DNA of 64,000 nt from an uncultured Bacteroidales bacterium. Lineage in GTDB: Bacteria > Bacteroidota > Bacteroidia > Bacteroidales > M50B96. The translations under genes were made by a program, and so were the position numbers. The stretch is from NCBI GenBank assembly GCA_964388245.1, contig CAYLZH010000001.1, forward strand, positions 774-64,773, read 5' to 3'. Positions 55,558-64,000 of the stretch are shown piece after piece. Below the pieces are notes generated by a model that saw nothing but the letters and a program-made list of their open reading frames with translations, had not been told where the DNA came from and made no database searches. Positions within the stretch are counted from its first letter, which is position 1, and the number at the start of each line of letters is the position of its first letter.

Positions 55558-55730
55558 TTATTATTTCTGATGTATTCATGAAACTCATGTTTTAAAAACA
55601 GTGTATCCCGTCGATGATTTGGGAAGTGGAATTTTGTCGGACACCCCTGTTTGATCCCTCGTTAGCTTGCTAAAAGGTAATTCATTAACTTTACTGCTGA
55701 GTAGTAACAATATTATAAAAGGATTGAAAT

Positions 55731-57383
55731 ATGAAGAATATAAGTTTGACTTTGTTAGTTGGAGTACTTGGAGCGTTAAGCATGTCGGCACAAGCCCCTC
55801 ATGGATTTAAATACCAGACTGTAGTGCGTGACAGCTCGGGCAGTTTAATTACAACACAAGCCGTATCGTTTCGCATTGGGATAGTGCAGGATAGTATTTA
55901 TGGAGTAACAGTTTTTAGTGAAACCCACCTGAAAACTACCAATCAGTTTGGCATTGTTTCTATGGATATAGGTATGGGAAATGTTGAATCAGGAGTTTTT
56001 GAAAATATAAACTGGAGCATTTCTCCACATTTCCTGAAAGTAGAAATGGATGCAAGCGGTGGTTCAAATTATCAGTTTATGGGAACATCACAACTATTAA
56101 GCGTTCCATATTCATTGAACTCTGGCTCATTAACACTGGTTTCGCCAAATGGAACCAATTATGAGATTACGGTTGATGATTTTGGGAACTTAAGCACAGA
56201 CTGTGTCCCTGATCCATCAATTTCATTTGCCGGTCCGCAACAAGACAGTGCTTGCAATCCGGCAATACTTCAGGCCAACTCACCACAATACGGACAGGGT
56301 GTTTGGAGTATTGTGAATGGTACAGGTGGTAGTTTTGTTAATCCAAACGATCCGACAACCCAGTTTTCAGGCCAGCCAGGAAATACATATACGTTGCGAT
56401 GGACAATAACAAATGAGTGCGGAACATCTGTTGATGGTGTAAATATCAGTTTTATGGCATCTCCAACAACTGCTGATGCAGGGCCCGACCAGCTCAATAT
56501 TTCATCACCCGCAACACTGGCCGGCAATAGTCCTGGGTATGGGACCGGCTCATGGTCTATAGTAAGTGGAATAGGAGGATCCATTACTGATCCATCAGAT
56601 CCCTTCAGCTTATTTTCAGGTATTGCTGATAGCTCGTATACATTACGATGGACTATTTCAACAGTATGCGACAATAGTTCCGATGAGGTTGATATCAGCT
56701 TTACGGGGAGTGGTGGCGGATGCCCTGCCACGGTTACAGATATTGATGGTAACACTTACAATACTATCCAGATTGGAAATCAATGCTGGATGAGGGAGAA
56801 CCTTAAAACCACTACATACCGCAATGGTACAGCTATTCCCATTGTAACGAATAATACCACCTGGTCGAACCTGACTACTGGTGCTTATTGCTGGTGGGAT
56901 AATAACATTGCGTGGAAGAACAAATATGGTGCTTTATACAATGCATTTGCCGTTGTAAACCCAAATGGTCTCTGCCCAACTGGTTGGCATATCCCATCAT
57001 TTGCCGAATGGAACACATTGGAAAATAGCATCAGTGGACCAAATAAGGGGGACAAGTTGAAATCGTGCCGGCAGGAAAACTCTCCATTGGGCGGACCATG
57101 CCTGACTTCTGATCATCCCCGGTGGAATGCAAGCGGAATAGCCTGGGGAACCGACTATTATCAATTCACTGCACTTCCAGGCGGATGCCGGTATCAAACC
57201 GGAGAATTTCCTGGCTGGTCAAGCATGAATTCAATAGGTCAGATTGCACGTTGGTGGACTTCCAATGAAGTTAATTGGAGTCATCAATGGTCGAGAAGCA
57301 TCGATTTTAATAATAATAACTTTACTAACTATAATGGCTGGTACAAACAGTACGGTGTATCGGTGCGTTGTGTAAAGGATTAA
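55731..57383 (+). CDS. Secreted protein with C-terminal FISUMP domain (Fibrobacter succinogenes major paralogous domain)
   Basis: Has a signal peptide. Two internal ~95-aa repeats are present (..GSWSIV.G.GGS...P.DP...FSG......YTLRWTI...CG.S.D.V.ISF). The C-terminus VTDIDGNTYNTIQIGNQCWMRENL...WHIPS..EW..L...GVSVRCVKD is typical of FISUMP. Confidence 0.8.
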   Translation: MKNISLTLLVGVLGALSMSAQAPHGFKYQTVVRDSSGSLITTQAVSFRIGIVQDSIYGVTVFSETHLKTTNQFGIVSMDIGMGNVESGVFENINWSISPHFLKVEMDASGGSNYQFMGTSQLLSVPYSLNSGSLTLVSPNGTNYEITVDDFGNLSTDCVPDPSISFAGPQQDSACNPAILQANSPQYGQGVWSIVNGTGGSFVNPNDPTTQFSGQPGNTYTLRWTITNECGTSVDGVNISFMASPTTADAGPDQLNISSPATLAGNSPGYGTGSWSIVSGIGGSITDPSDPFSLFSGIADSSYTLRWTISTVCDNSSDEVDISFTGSGGGCPATVTDIDGNTYNTIQIGNQCWMRENLKTTTYRNGTAIPIVTNNTTWSNLTTGAYCWWDNNIAWKNKYGALYNAFAVVNPNGLCPTGWHIPSFAEWNTLENSISGPNKGDKLKSCRQENSPLGGPCLTSDHPRWNASGIAWGTDYYQFTALPGGCRYQTGEFPGWSSMNSIGQIARWWTSNEVNWSHQWSRSIDFNNNNFTNYNGWYKQYGVSVRCVKD

Positions 57384-57625
57384 CTTCAAACGGGGTGTGA
57401 TATAGTTGCGTGCCTTAAATGGTAACAGATTGAGCGCTAATGTTATCTGAATGAATTATTAAGTTGATGACCTGAGCTGTTATGGTTAATTCAACATAAA
57501 TTCGCGGTTTCTATTTCGTATTTATTTACAGTTTAAGTTTTCTTGCTGACAAATTTTTGATACTCTTACATGAGATAATTTCATTTCAACATGATGAACA
57601 TTTTATAATTCATAAGGATAAGATC

Positions 57626-59869
57626 ATGAAATCAGACAAAATATACCTTACTGGCGCCCGGACACATAATTTAAAGAATATCAGTGTTGAGATACCGAAA
57701 CATAAATTAGTTGTTTTCACAGGTGTATCCGGTTCCGGTAAATCTTCCATCGTGTTCGATACCATTTATACAGAGGCACAGAGACAGCTCATTGAAACCT
57801 TCTCGACATTTGCACGGGCCAGAATGCCAAAATTATCACGTCCTGATGTTGATGAAATCCGCAATATGTCAACAGCCATTGTCATCGATCAAAAACGTAT
57901 GGGACGAAACCTTCGAAGCACTGTGGGTACTGCATCGGAAATCAACACATATTTGCGCCTGCTCTTTTCAAGATGCGGTACGCCTTTTATTGGTCCGTCG
58001 TTCCTTTTCGGTTTTAATCATCCGCAGGGAATGTGTACCGATTGTAAAGGATTAGGCAAGCGAATAAGAGTTGATATCGACCGGTTGATTGACCCGGAAA
58101 AAACAATCCGGGAAGGGGCTGTCGATCATCCTGATTACAAGGTTGGAGGTTGGAACTGGCGTGAAATAGTAGCCATCGATTTGTTCGATGTAGATAAAAA
58201 ACTGAAATATTATTCTGCTGAAGAACTGGATAGGTTTCTTTATACTTCCGGGATTCCGGTGACGAAAAAGCATGGGGCAGGCACCTATACCAAAAACTAC
58301 GAAGGAATTGCCTATAAATTGGAAAGGCTCCATATTAATAAGGCCGAGGAGGAACTTTCTGAAGCAAGAAAGAATGCTTATCAGAAATATTTTACATACA
58401 CCGATTGCGAAAGCTGCGGCGGGAGTCGTTTGAACAGCCGGGCGCTTTCAGTAGAATTTAACGGGGAAAATATTGCCGGCTTGTGCCGTATGGAATTAAC
58501 CGGTTTGTACAAGTTTCTCGACATTGAGGCAGATTCAATGGCACAACCACTCTTGTCTAAAATAAGGCAAATATTATCATTATTGATTGACATAGGTGTG
58601 GGTTATCTTTCTCTCGACCGGGCAGTTGCCACCTTATCAGGAGGTGAAAGCCAAAGGGTAAAAATGGCACGTCAGCTCGATTGCGATCTGGTTGATATTA
58701 TGTATATCCTTGATGAACCATCGATTGGTTTGCATTCGCGGGATATCGATAATTTGATTTCTATGCTTCGTAAACTCAGGGATAAAGGAAATTCGGTTTT
58801 GGTTGTGGAGCATGATCCTGAAATAATCAGATCTGCAGACTGGATAATTGATATCGGACCAAAAGCAGGTTCGAATGGAGGAGAATTGATATTTACCGGG
58901 AATATATCTGACCTGTTAAAGAGCCGGAGCATTACCGGAAAACTTTTAAATAATCACGAACAAAGGCAGGTTATTCCAAAGGCTGCATCATCATATATCG
59001 AATTAAAAAATGTAAATGTCAATAACCTTATGAATGTTTCAACAAAAATACCAATTGGTGTTTTAACATGTGTGACCGGTGTGGCCGGATCGGGCAAGAG
59101 TAGCCTGATAACCGATTTTTTTGTAAAAACCCACCAGGATGTTATTGTTGTTGATCAAAGCCCTGTAGGCAGAACTGTAAGATCGAATCCGGCTACCTAC
59201 ATCGGGGCCTTCGACTATATTAGAAAAGATTTTGCCAAAGCGAGTGATGTTCCGGCTTCTATGTTTAGTTTTAACTCGAAAGGAGCCTGCCCGAAATGTA
59301 AAGGCAAAGGATATATCGATGTTGAAATGAGTTTTCTGGATGCGATAAAAGTTACATGTGATGAATGCAGTGGAAAGCGCTACATAGATGAGGTCCTTGA
59401 AGTAAAGTTAAACGGAATAAACATCTATGAGGTGTTGAATATGACCGTTGACATAGCTATCGGATTTTTTAAATTACCTGCGGTTTCGAAAAGGCTAAAA
59501 TTATTGTCCGATGTTGGTCTTGGCTACCTCGGACTAGGGCAACCACTATCGACTTTGTCTGGTGGCGAGGCACAAAGGATAAAGCTTGCTTCTGAGCTAC
59601 ATAAAAAAGGGAATATTTATGTATTGGACGAACCAACAACCGGCCTTCATCTATTCGATATCGGCAAATTAATGCAATTAATAAGAAAGCTGGTTGAAAA
59701 CGGAAATACTGTAATAATTATTGAACATAATATTGATGTTATCCGGCAGGCCGACTGGATTATCGATCTCGGACCCGAAGGCGGGACCAAGGGCGGAGAG
59801 ATAATTTTCGAAGGTACGTCCGAAGAAATTGTCAGGTGCAAAAGAAGCTACACCGGTAAGTATTTGTGA
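57626..59869 (+). CDS. Short UvrA-family ABC ATPase (UvrA paralogue, ~747 aa)
   Basis: I moved the start to the ATG at 57626 (MKSDKIYLTGARTHNLKNISVEIP). It has two ABC modules (GVSGSGKSS and GVAGSGKSS, LSGGESQR and LSGGEAQR) and zinc-finger motifs (CTDCKGLG, CPKCKGKG). It is about 190 aa shorter than canonical UvrA. Confidence 0.85.
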   Translation: MKSDKIYLTGARTHNLKNISVEIPKHKLVVFTGVSGSGKSSIVFDTIYTEAQRQLIETFSTFARARMPKLSRPDVDEIRNMSTAIVIDQKRMGRNLRSTVGTASEINTYLRLLFSRCGTPFIGPSFLFGFNHPQGMCTDCKGLGKRIRVDIDRLIDPEKTIREGAVDHPDYKVGGWNWREIVAIDLFDVDKKLKYYSAEELDRFLYTSGIPVTKKHGAGTYTKNYEGIAYKLERLHINKAEEELSEARKNAYQKYFTYTDCESCGGSRLNSRALSVEFNGENIAGLCRMELTGLYKFLDIEADSMAQPLLSKIRQILSLLIDIGVGYLSLDRAVATLSGGESQRVKMARQLDCDLVDIMYILDEPSIGLHSRDIDNLISMLRKLRDKGNSVLVVEHDPEIIRSADWIIDIGPKAGSNGGELIFTGNISDLLKSRSITGKLLNNHEQRQVIPKAASSYIELKNVNVNNLMNVSTKIPIGVLTCVTGVAGSGKSSLITDFFVKTHQDVIVVDQSPVGRTVRSNPATYIGAFDYIRKDFAKASDVPASMFSFNSKGACPKCKGKGYIDVEMSFLDAIKVTCDECSGKRYIDEVLEVKLNGINIYEVLNMTVDIAIGFFKLPAVSKRLKLLSDVGLGYLGLGQPLSTLSGGEAQRIKLASELHKKGNIYVLDEPTTGLHLFDIGKLMQLIRKLVENGNTVIIIEHNIDVIRQADWIIDLGPEGGTKGGEIIFEGTSEEIVRCKRSYTGKYL

Positions 59870-59951
59870 ACATAACTTTCGAAATTGTTCAGGCTGCCCA
59901 AATGCGACCTGAAACATTCTTTTGCTTATATTCAGCAAAAATTTATTTGCC

Positions 59952-62234
59952 ATGAAAAATCAAACTGAATCAATACAAAACCTAATGAAACTATTGGTGC
60001 TATGTTTCGTTGTGATTGCCTTTCTGGCCTGTGATTCCAGCCAAAAGCAAGGATTTATTGTTGAAAATAGAAAATCAGAATATAAGATACTGATTGACCA
60101 GGATTCCGATAGCCTGACCAAAAAAGCCGGAGACGAACTACAATATTATCTGAAACAGATATCAGGCTGTTCTATTGAGATTACATCAAAAACACAATCA
60201 GGTAGTAAATACATCAAAATCGGTAAAACAGCTATCCAGGATAGTTTGCTTTTATCTGATTTGCTTAAGCTTAAACGGGATGGCTTTATAATCAGATCAT
60301 CGGGCAACGACCTCTTGATTGCCGGAATGAACAGTCGTGGAAACTTATATGGTGTTTACACTTTTCTTGAAGAATACCTTGGGTGTATGCGATTTCCGTA
60401 TGGCGAAGAGTATCTGCCTAAATTATCCACGATTGCTTTACCTGAAATCGATAAAACTTTTAATCCATCGTTCTCATACCGGCATATTTATCTTCATGAC
60501 AAAAAAGATCAAAAACTCATTGACTGGTATAAAATTGAAAACCTCGATGAATGGGGCATGTATGTCCATACATTTCAGAAACTTATTTCTCCGGAGGATT
60601 ACTTTAAAGAACATCCCGAATATTTTTCCCTCGTAAATAACAGGCGCATAAAGGATGGGCAATTGTGTTTAAGCCATCCCGATGTTATTCCATTATTAAC
60701 CGAAAATCTAAGAAATGAAATAGCAAAGAAACCGGATTACGAATATTGGTCAGTTTCACAAAACGATTGCATTAATTATTGCGAATGTGAGGGCTGCAAT
60801 AATCTATATAAAAAATACAACAGTTACTCGGGCGCATATATCGAAATGGCCAACAGTATTGCAAAAGAATTTCCCGATAAACAGATTTCAACCCTGGCAT
60901 ATCAGTTTACACGATCGGCACCGGAAAATATAACCCCCCTGGATAATGTAAACATCATGTTTTGCTCGATCGAATGTAACCGGAGCATGCCACTTACTGA
61001 TGATCCCCGAAGCGATGATTTTGTAAAAGACATGAAAGACTGGAGTGCGCTTACTGATAATATTTATATGTGGGATTATGTGGTTCAGTTTGAAAATTAT
61101 CTTTGCCCTTTTCCGAACTTTCACACACTTCAGTCGAACATACAATTCTTCCACAACCATGGTGTCGATATGATATTCGAACAAGGATCAAATGTTAGTT
61201 GGTCTGATATGAAAAACCTGAAGCTTTTCCTGCTTTCGAAACTGGCATGGAATGTTGATGCTGATATCGACTCACTTACCGGCCGTTTTTTCGATTTATA
61301 TTATCAGAAGGCTGCCAGGCCAATCCGGACATATTATAATCTTGTTCATCAACGCCTGATTGAAAAACAGGAAGATGAGTTTCTAAACATCTATGGTTTT
61401 CCGATAAATTACGTGAATTCATTCCTCAAACCTGAATACATGATTGAATATAAGGCCCTGATGGATAGCGCCGAACAAATTGCCCGGCATGATCAGGTTT
61501 TATTAACACGGATTTGGCGTGCTCGCTTAGCCGTCGATTTTGCGTATCTCGATCTTGCATTAAATTACAATAATCCGTTATTAAGTTTTATTACTGAACA
61601 AGGTGGGTTGAAGGAACTGGATCAGGGAATGTTGGATTATTTAGACCGATTTATTGAAATCGGGAACAAAACAGGCGTAACAAAGGTGAATGAGAAAAAC
61701 CTTACTCTAAATGATTATCGTGATTATGTAATGCGAAATTTGCGCTGGAAAACTAAAGAAAACCTGGCAAAGGATACAAAAATCGAAATCCTGACAAAAT
61801 ACTCTGAAAAATATCCTGTGGGAGGAGAGGCTGCATTAAGTGACGGATTAACTGGTGGACTTAATTTTTCGTTCAACTGGCTGGGTTTCGAAGGCGAAGA
61901 TATGGAACTGATTATTGACTTCGGACAAGAGATTACGATTGAGAAGATTAGTATGAATTTCCTCAAAGCCCTTGTTTCCTGGGTGTTTTTACCAAAGGAA
62001 ATAATTATCGAGTCGTCGGGCGATAAAAAATCGTACGAATCAATTGGCAAAGCAAATCCCGATGTTGATAACAGGAATTTTCGGGTCGAATCGTTCCCCT
62101 TTGAGTTTATAACAGGAGGAATTGAATCCCGCTATTTGCGAATAACAGCTAAGTCGCTGAAAACCTGCCCCGACTGGCACAGGGGCTTCGGACAACCTTG
62201 TTGGATTTTTATCGATGAAATTATAGTTGAATAA
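59952..62234 (+). CDS. DUF4838-like putative glycoside hydrolase lipoprotein with C-terminal F5/8 type C (discoidin) domain
   Basis: I moved the start to the ATG at 59952, which gives the lipobox ..IAFLAC. GFIIRSSGNDLLIAGMNSRGNLYGVYTFLEEYLGCR matches the DUF4838 N-terminal pattern. The C-terminal ~150 aa resembles a discoidin domain (RYLRITAKSL...WIFIDEIIV). Confidence 0.65.
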   Translation: MKNQTESIQNLMKLLVLCFVVIAFLACDSSQKQGFIVENRKSEYKILIDQDSDSLTKKAGDELQYYLKQISGCSIEITSKTQSGSKYIKIGKTAIQDSLLLSDLLKLKRDGFIIRSSGNDLLIAGMNSRGNLYGVYTFLEEYLGCMRFPYGEEYLPKLSTIALPEIDKTFNPSFSYRHIYLHDKKDQKLIDWYKIENLDEWGMYVHTFQKLISPEDYFKEHPEYFSLVNNRRIKDGQLCLSHPDVIPLLTENLRNEIAKKPDYEYWSVSQNDCINYCECEGCNNLYKKYNSYSGAYIEMANSIAKEFPDKQISTLAYQFTRSAPENITPLDNVNIMFCSIECNRSMPLTDDPRSDDFVKDMKDWSALTDNIYMWDYVVQFENYLCPFPNFHTLQSNIQFFHNHGVDMIFEQGSNVSWSDMKNLKLFLLSKLAWNVDADIDSLTGRFFDLYYQKAARPIRTYYNLVHQRLIEKQEDEFLNIYGFPINYVNSFLKPEYMIEYKALMDSAEQIARHDQVLLTRIWRARLAVDFAYLDLALNYNNPLLSFITEQGGLKELDQGMLDYLDRFIEIGNKTGVTKVNEKNLTLNDYRDYVMRNLRWKTKENLAKDTKIEILTKYSEKYPVGGEAALSDGLTGGLNFSFNWLGFEGEDMELIIDFGQEITIEKISMNFLKALVSWVFLPKEIIIESSGDKKSYESIGKANPDVDNRNFRVESFPFEFITGGIESRYLRITAKSLKTCPDWHRGFGQPCWIFIDEIIVE

Positions 62235-62259
62235 TTAATAAAACAAATCACTATTAATG

Positions 62260-64000
62260 ATGAAAAAAATATTGATAATAATTCTCATTTCATACCTCTT
62301 GTTCTCTTGCAGCGAACAAGATGTGGTGTTCGAAACATCAGGATTTCGAATTTCTATCGATGACAAAGGAAACCTTTCTTCGATAATCGAAAAAAAATCG
62401 GGAAAGAACTTTCTTTACTCCGATTCGGTATCGCCCCTATTGTCGATCAGGAAGAATCAGAAATTCATTTATTCTGAAAGTATGTCGGTCGATGACGAGC
62501 AACAAAACATTATGTTTACTTTTCCTGGTAAAATTTTGGTTACAATAAATATTAACGAGAACATTGATTACCTGAAATTTGAATTGATTTCGGTTGATAA
62601 TCCTGAAGGAATTGACCTGGTCGTTTGGGGGCCATTTTGCACCGGTATTAATAATGTGATTGGTGAAACTATCGGAGTTGTTCAGGATAATGAATTCGCA
62701 GTCGGGCTCCAGGCTCTTAATCCAAAAACACTTGGCGGATATCCCTGGAACGAGAACGACTGCCTGCCCCAGCTCGATATTTTCGAAGGTGATGATTTCA
62801 GCGATATCAGTGAGAAAAACAAGCGGCATGTCCTGTATCGTGTCGAGGCGGCAAAGCCAACAGAATTTGGCAGTAGCCTTCAGGCCTATTGCAGAAACAG
62901 GAATAAAGAGCGTATTGTTGAAAATTGGGGGCATCAGAAATACATCACTCCGGCCTTTGATGATGGAGGAATTATAGGCTCGAAAATCGCATTGTTTGGA
63001 TGTTCCAGGGATGATATACTTTCAACCATCTCAAAAATCGAACTTAATGAAGGCCTGCCACATCCATTAATTCAGGGAGAATGGGGTAAAATTTCGAGGG
63101 AAGCTTCATCGGCATATCTAATTCTTGATTTCTCGGAGTCGGATATCGAAAAGGCTGTTGAGATAACCAGGCTGGCTGGATTAAAATATATGTATCATTC
63201 GGCACCTTTTGAGAGCTGGGGGCATTTTCCACTCAAAAAAAACTTTTTTCCAAACGGTTGGGATGGAATGAAAAAATGCGTTGATTATGCAGCCAGGCAT
63301 GGAATTTCCATTGGTGTGCACACCCTGTCGAACTTTATCACAACAAACGATGCCTACGTCTCGCCTGTTCCTGATAAACGTCTCGCCTTTTCAGGGAAAA
63401 CAGCCCTGACAAATGCTATCGATGAAAAAACTACAGACATACAAATTAAGTCATCCGATTTTTTTAATAAAACAGACAAAAGCCATTTAAAAACAATCAG
63501 GATTGGAAACGAACTAATCCGTTATTCCGGGATAAGCGAATCGGAACCATGGATTTTATCAGACTGCCAGCGCGGGCAATTTGGAACACAGGCTGCAAAT
63601 CATGATCAAAACAGTGAGATTTTCGAGTTAGCCGATCATGGTTATAAAGTCTTTCTTTCCAATCCCGAACTCACCTTCGAAATAGCTGAAAATATTGCCA
63701 GACTTTTCAACAATACCGGATTAAGGCAAATCTCTTTCGACGGGCTGGAAGGATGCCGATCGACAGGAATGGGAAATTACGGCGAAATCTTAATGACCAC
63801 AACATGGTATAAGAACTTATCCGACGATATCAAACAACATTTTATTGCAGATGCCAGTCGTACATCACATTTTTTCTGGCATATCTATTCGCGGATGAAT
63901 TGGGGTGAACCCTGGTACGACAATTTTAGGGAAAGTCAGCAGGAGTACAGGCTGAAGAACCAGAAATACTTCAAAAGAAATTTCATGCCGGGAATGTTGG
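62260..64000 (+). CDS. Uncharacterised lipoprotein, partial (continues beyond the right edge)
   Basis: ATG at 62260 gives MMKKILIIILISYLLFSCSEQ (lipobox LFSC). The frame is open for 580 codons to the window end. It is missing from the ORF track because there is no stop. No motif is recognisable by eye. Confidence 0.6.
   Translation, partial: MKKILIIILISYLLFSCSEQDVVFETSGFRISIDDKGNLSSIIEKKSGKNFLYSDSVSPLLSIRKNQKFIYSESMSVDDEQQNIMFTFPGKILVTININENIDYLKFELISVDNPEGIDLVVWGPFCTGINNVIGETIGVVQDNEFAVGLQALNPKTLGGYPWNENDCLPQLDIFEGDDFSDISEKNKRHVLYRVEAAKPTEFGSSLQAYCRNRNKERIVENWGHQKYITPAFDDGGIIGSKIALFGCSRDDILSTISKIELNEGLPHPLIQGEWGKISREASSAYLILDFSESDIEKAVEITRLAGLKYMYHSAPFESWGHFPLKKNFFPNGWDGMKKCVDYAARHGISIGVHTLSNFITTNDAYVSPVPDKRLAFSGKTALTNAIDEKTTDIQIKSSDFFNKTDKSHLKTIRIGNELIRYSGISESEPWILSDCQRGQFGTQAANHDQNSEIFELADHGYKVFLSNPELTFEIAENIARLFNNTGLRQISFDGLEGCRSTGMGNYGEILMTTTWYKNLSDDIKQHFIADASRTSHFFWHIYSRMNWGEPWYDNFRESQQEYRLKNQKYFKRNFMPGML

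Noticed and set aside
57557-57625. The UvrA-like ORF has a 23-codon N-terminal extension.
   Set aside because: UvrA-family proteins begin right at the I.L.GAR.HNLKN motif. The ATG at 57626 gives that spacing, and the extension is AT-rich leader-like sequence.

Overview
The window looks like chromosomal DNA from a Bacteroidota-type organism. This call rests on T9SS C-terminal sorting domains, a PorV/PorQ-like barrel, a FISUMP-domain lipoprotein and AT-rich intergenic DNA. All product calls come from reading the supplied translations for motifs; no database or HMM search was run. Most of the window is ordinary housekeeping or envelope content. This includes a minus-strand envelope block (1766-14708) with a KASIII-ACP-KASIII-SDR-GT2-GT-C lipid/glycan cluster, a crotonase/3-hydroxyacyl-CoA dehydrogenase/thiolase trio, a tricorn-like protease, grpE-dnaJ, an ABC-2 exporter, a short UvrA paralogue and glycan-related lipoproteins. 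The stand-out locus is 37795-45735. It holds a tightly linked YqiJ/NfeD-like membrane protein, a 711-aa flotillin (SPFH) protein and a 1640-aa soluble protein whose only recognisable catalytic module is one C-terminal AAA+ core. I know of no characterised function for this trio. Directly downstream (45736-49082) is a repeat-laden accessory patch. It contains a DUF6883/DUF4926-like two-gene cassette and a 210-nt diverged duplicate of the giant gene's own 3' end, in which most differing codons are synonymous. It also contains several copies of a roughly 34-nt hairpin repeat and CACAGAG/CACGAAG-type repeats. A 172-bp MITE-like element with terminal inverted repeats fills almost all of the flotillin-to-giant-gene spacer. 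I found no rRNA, tRNA or CRISPR array.
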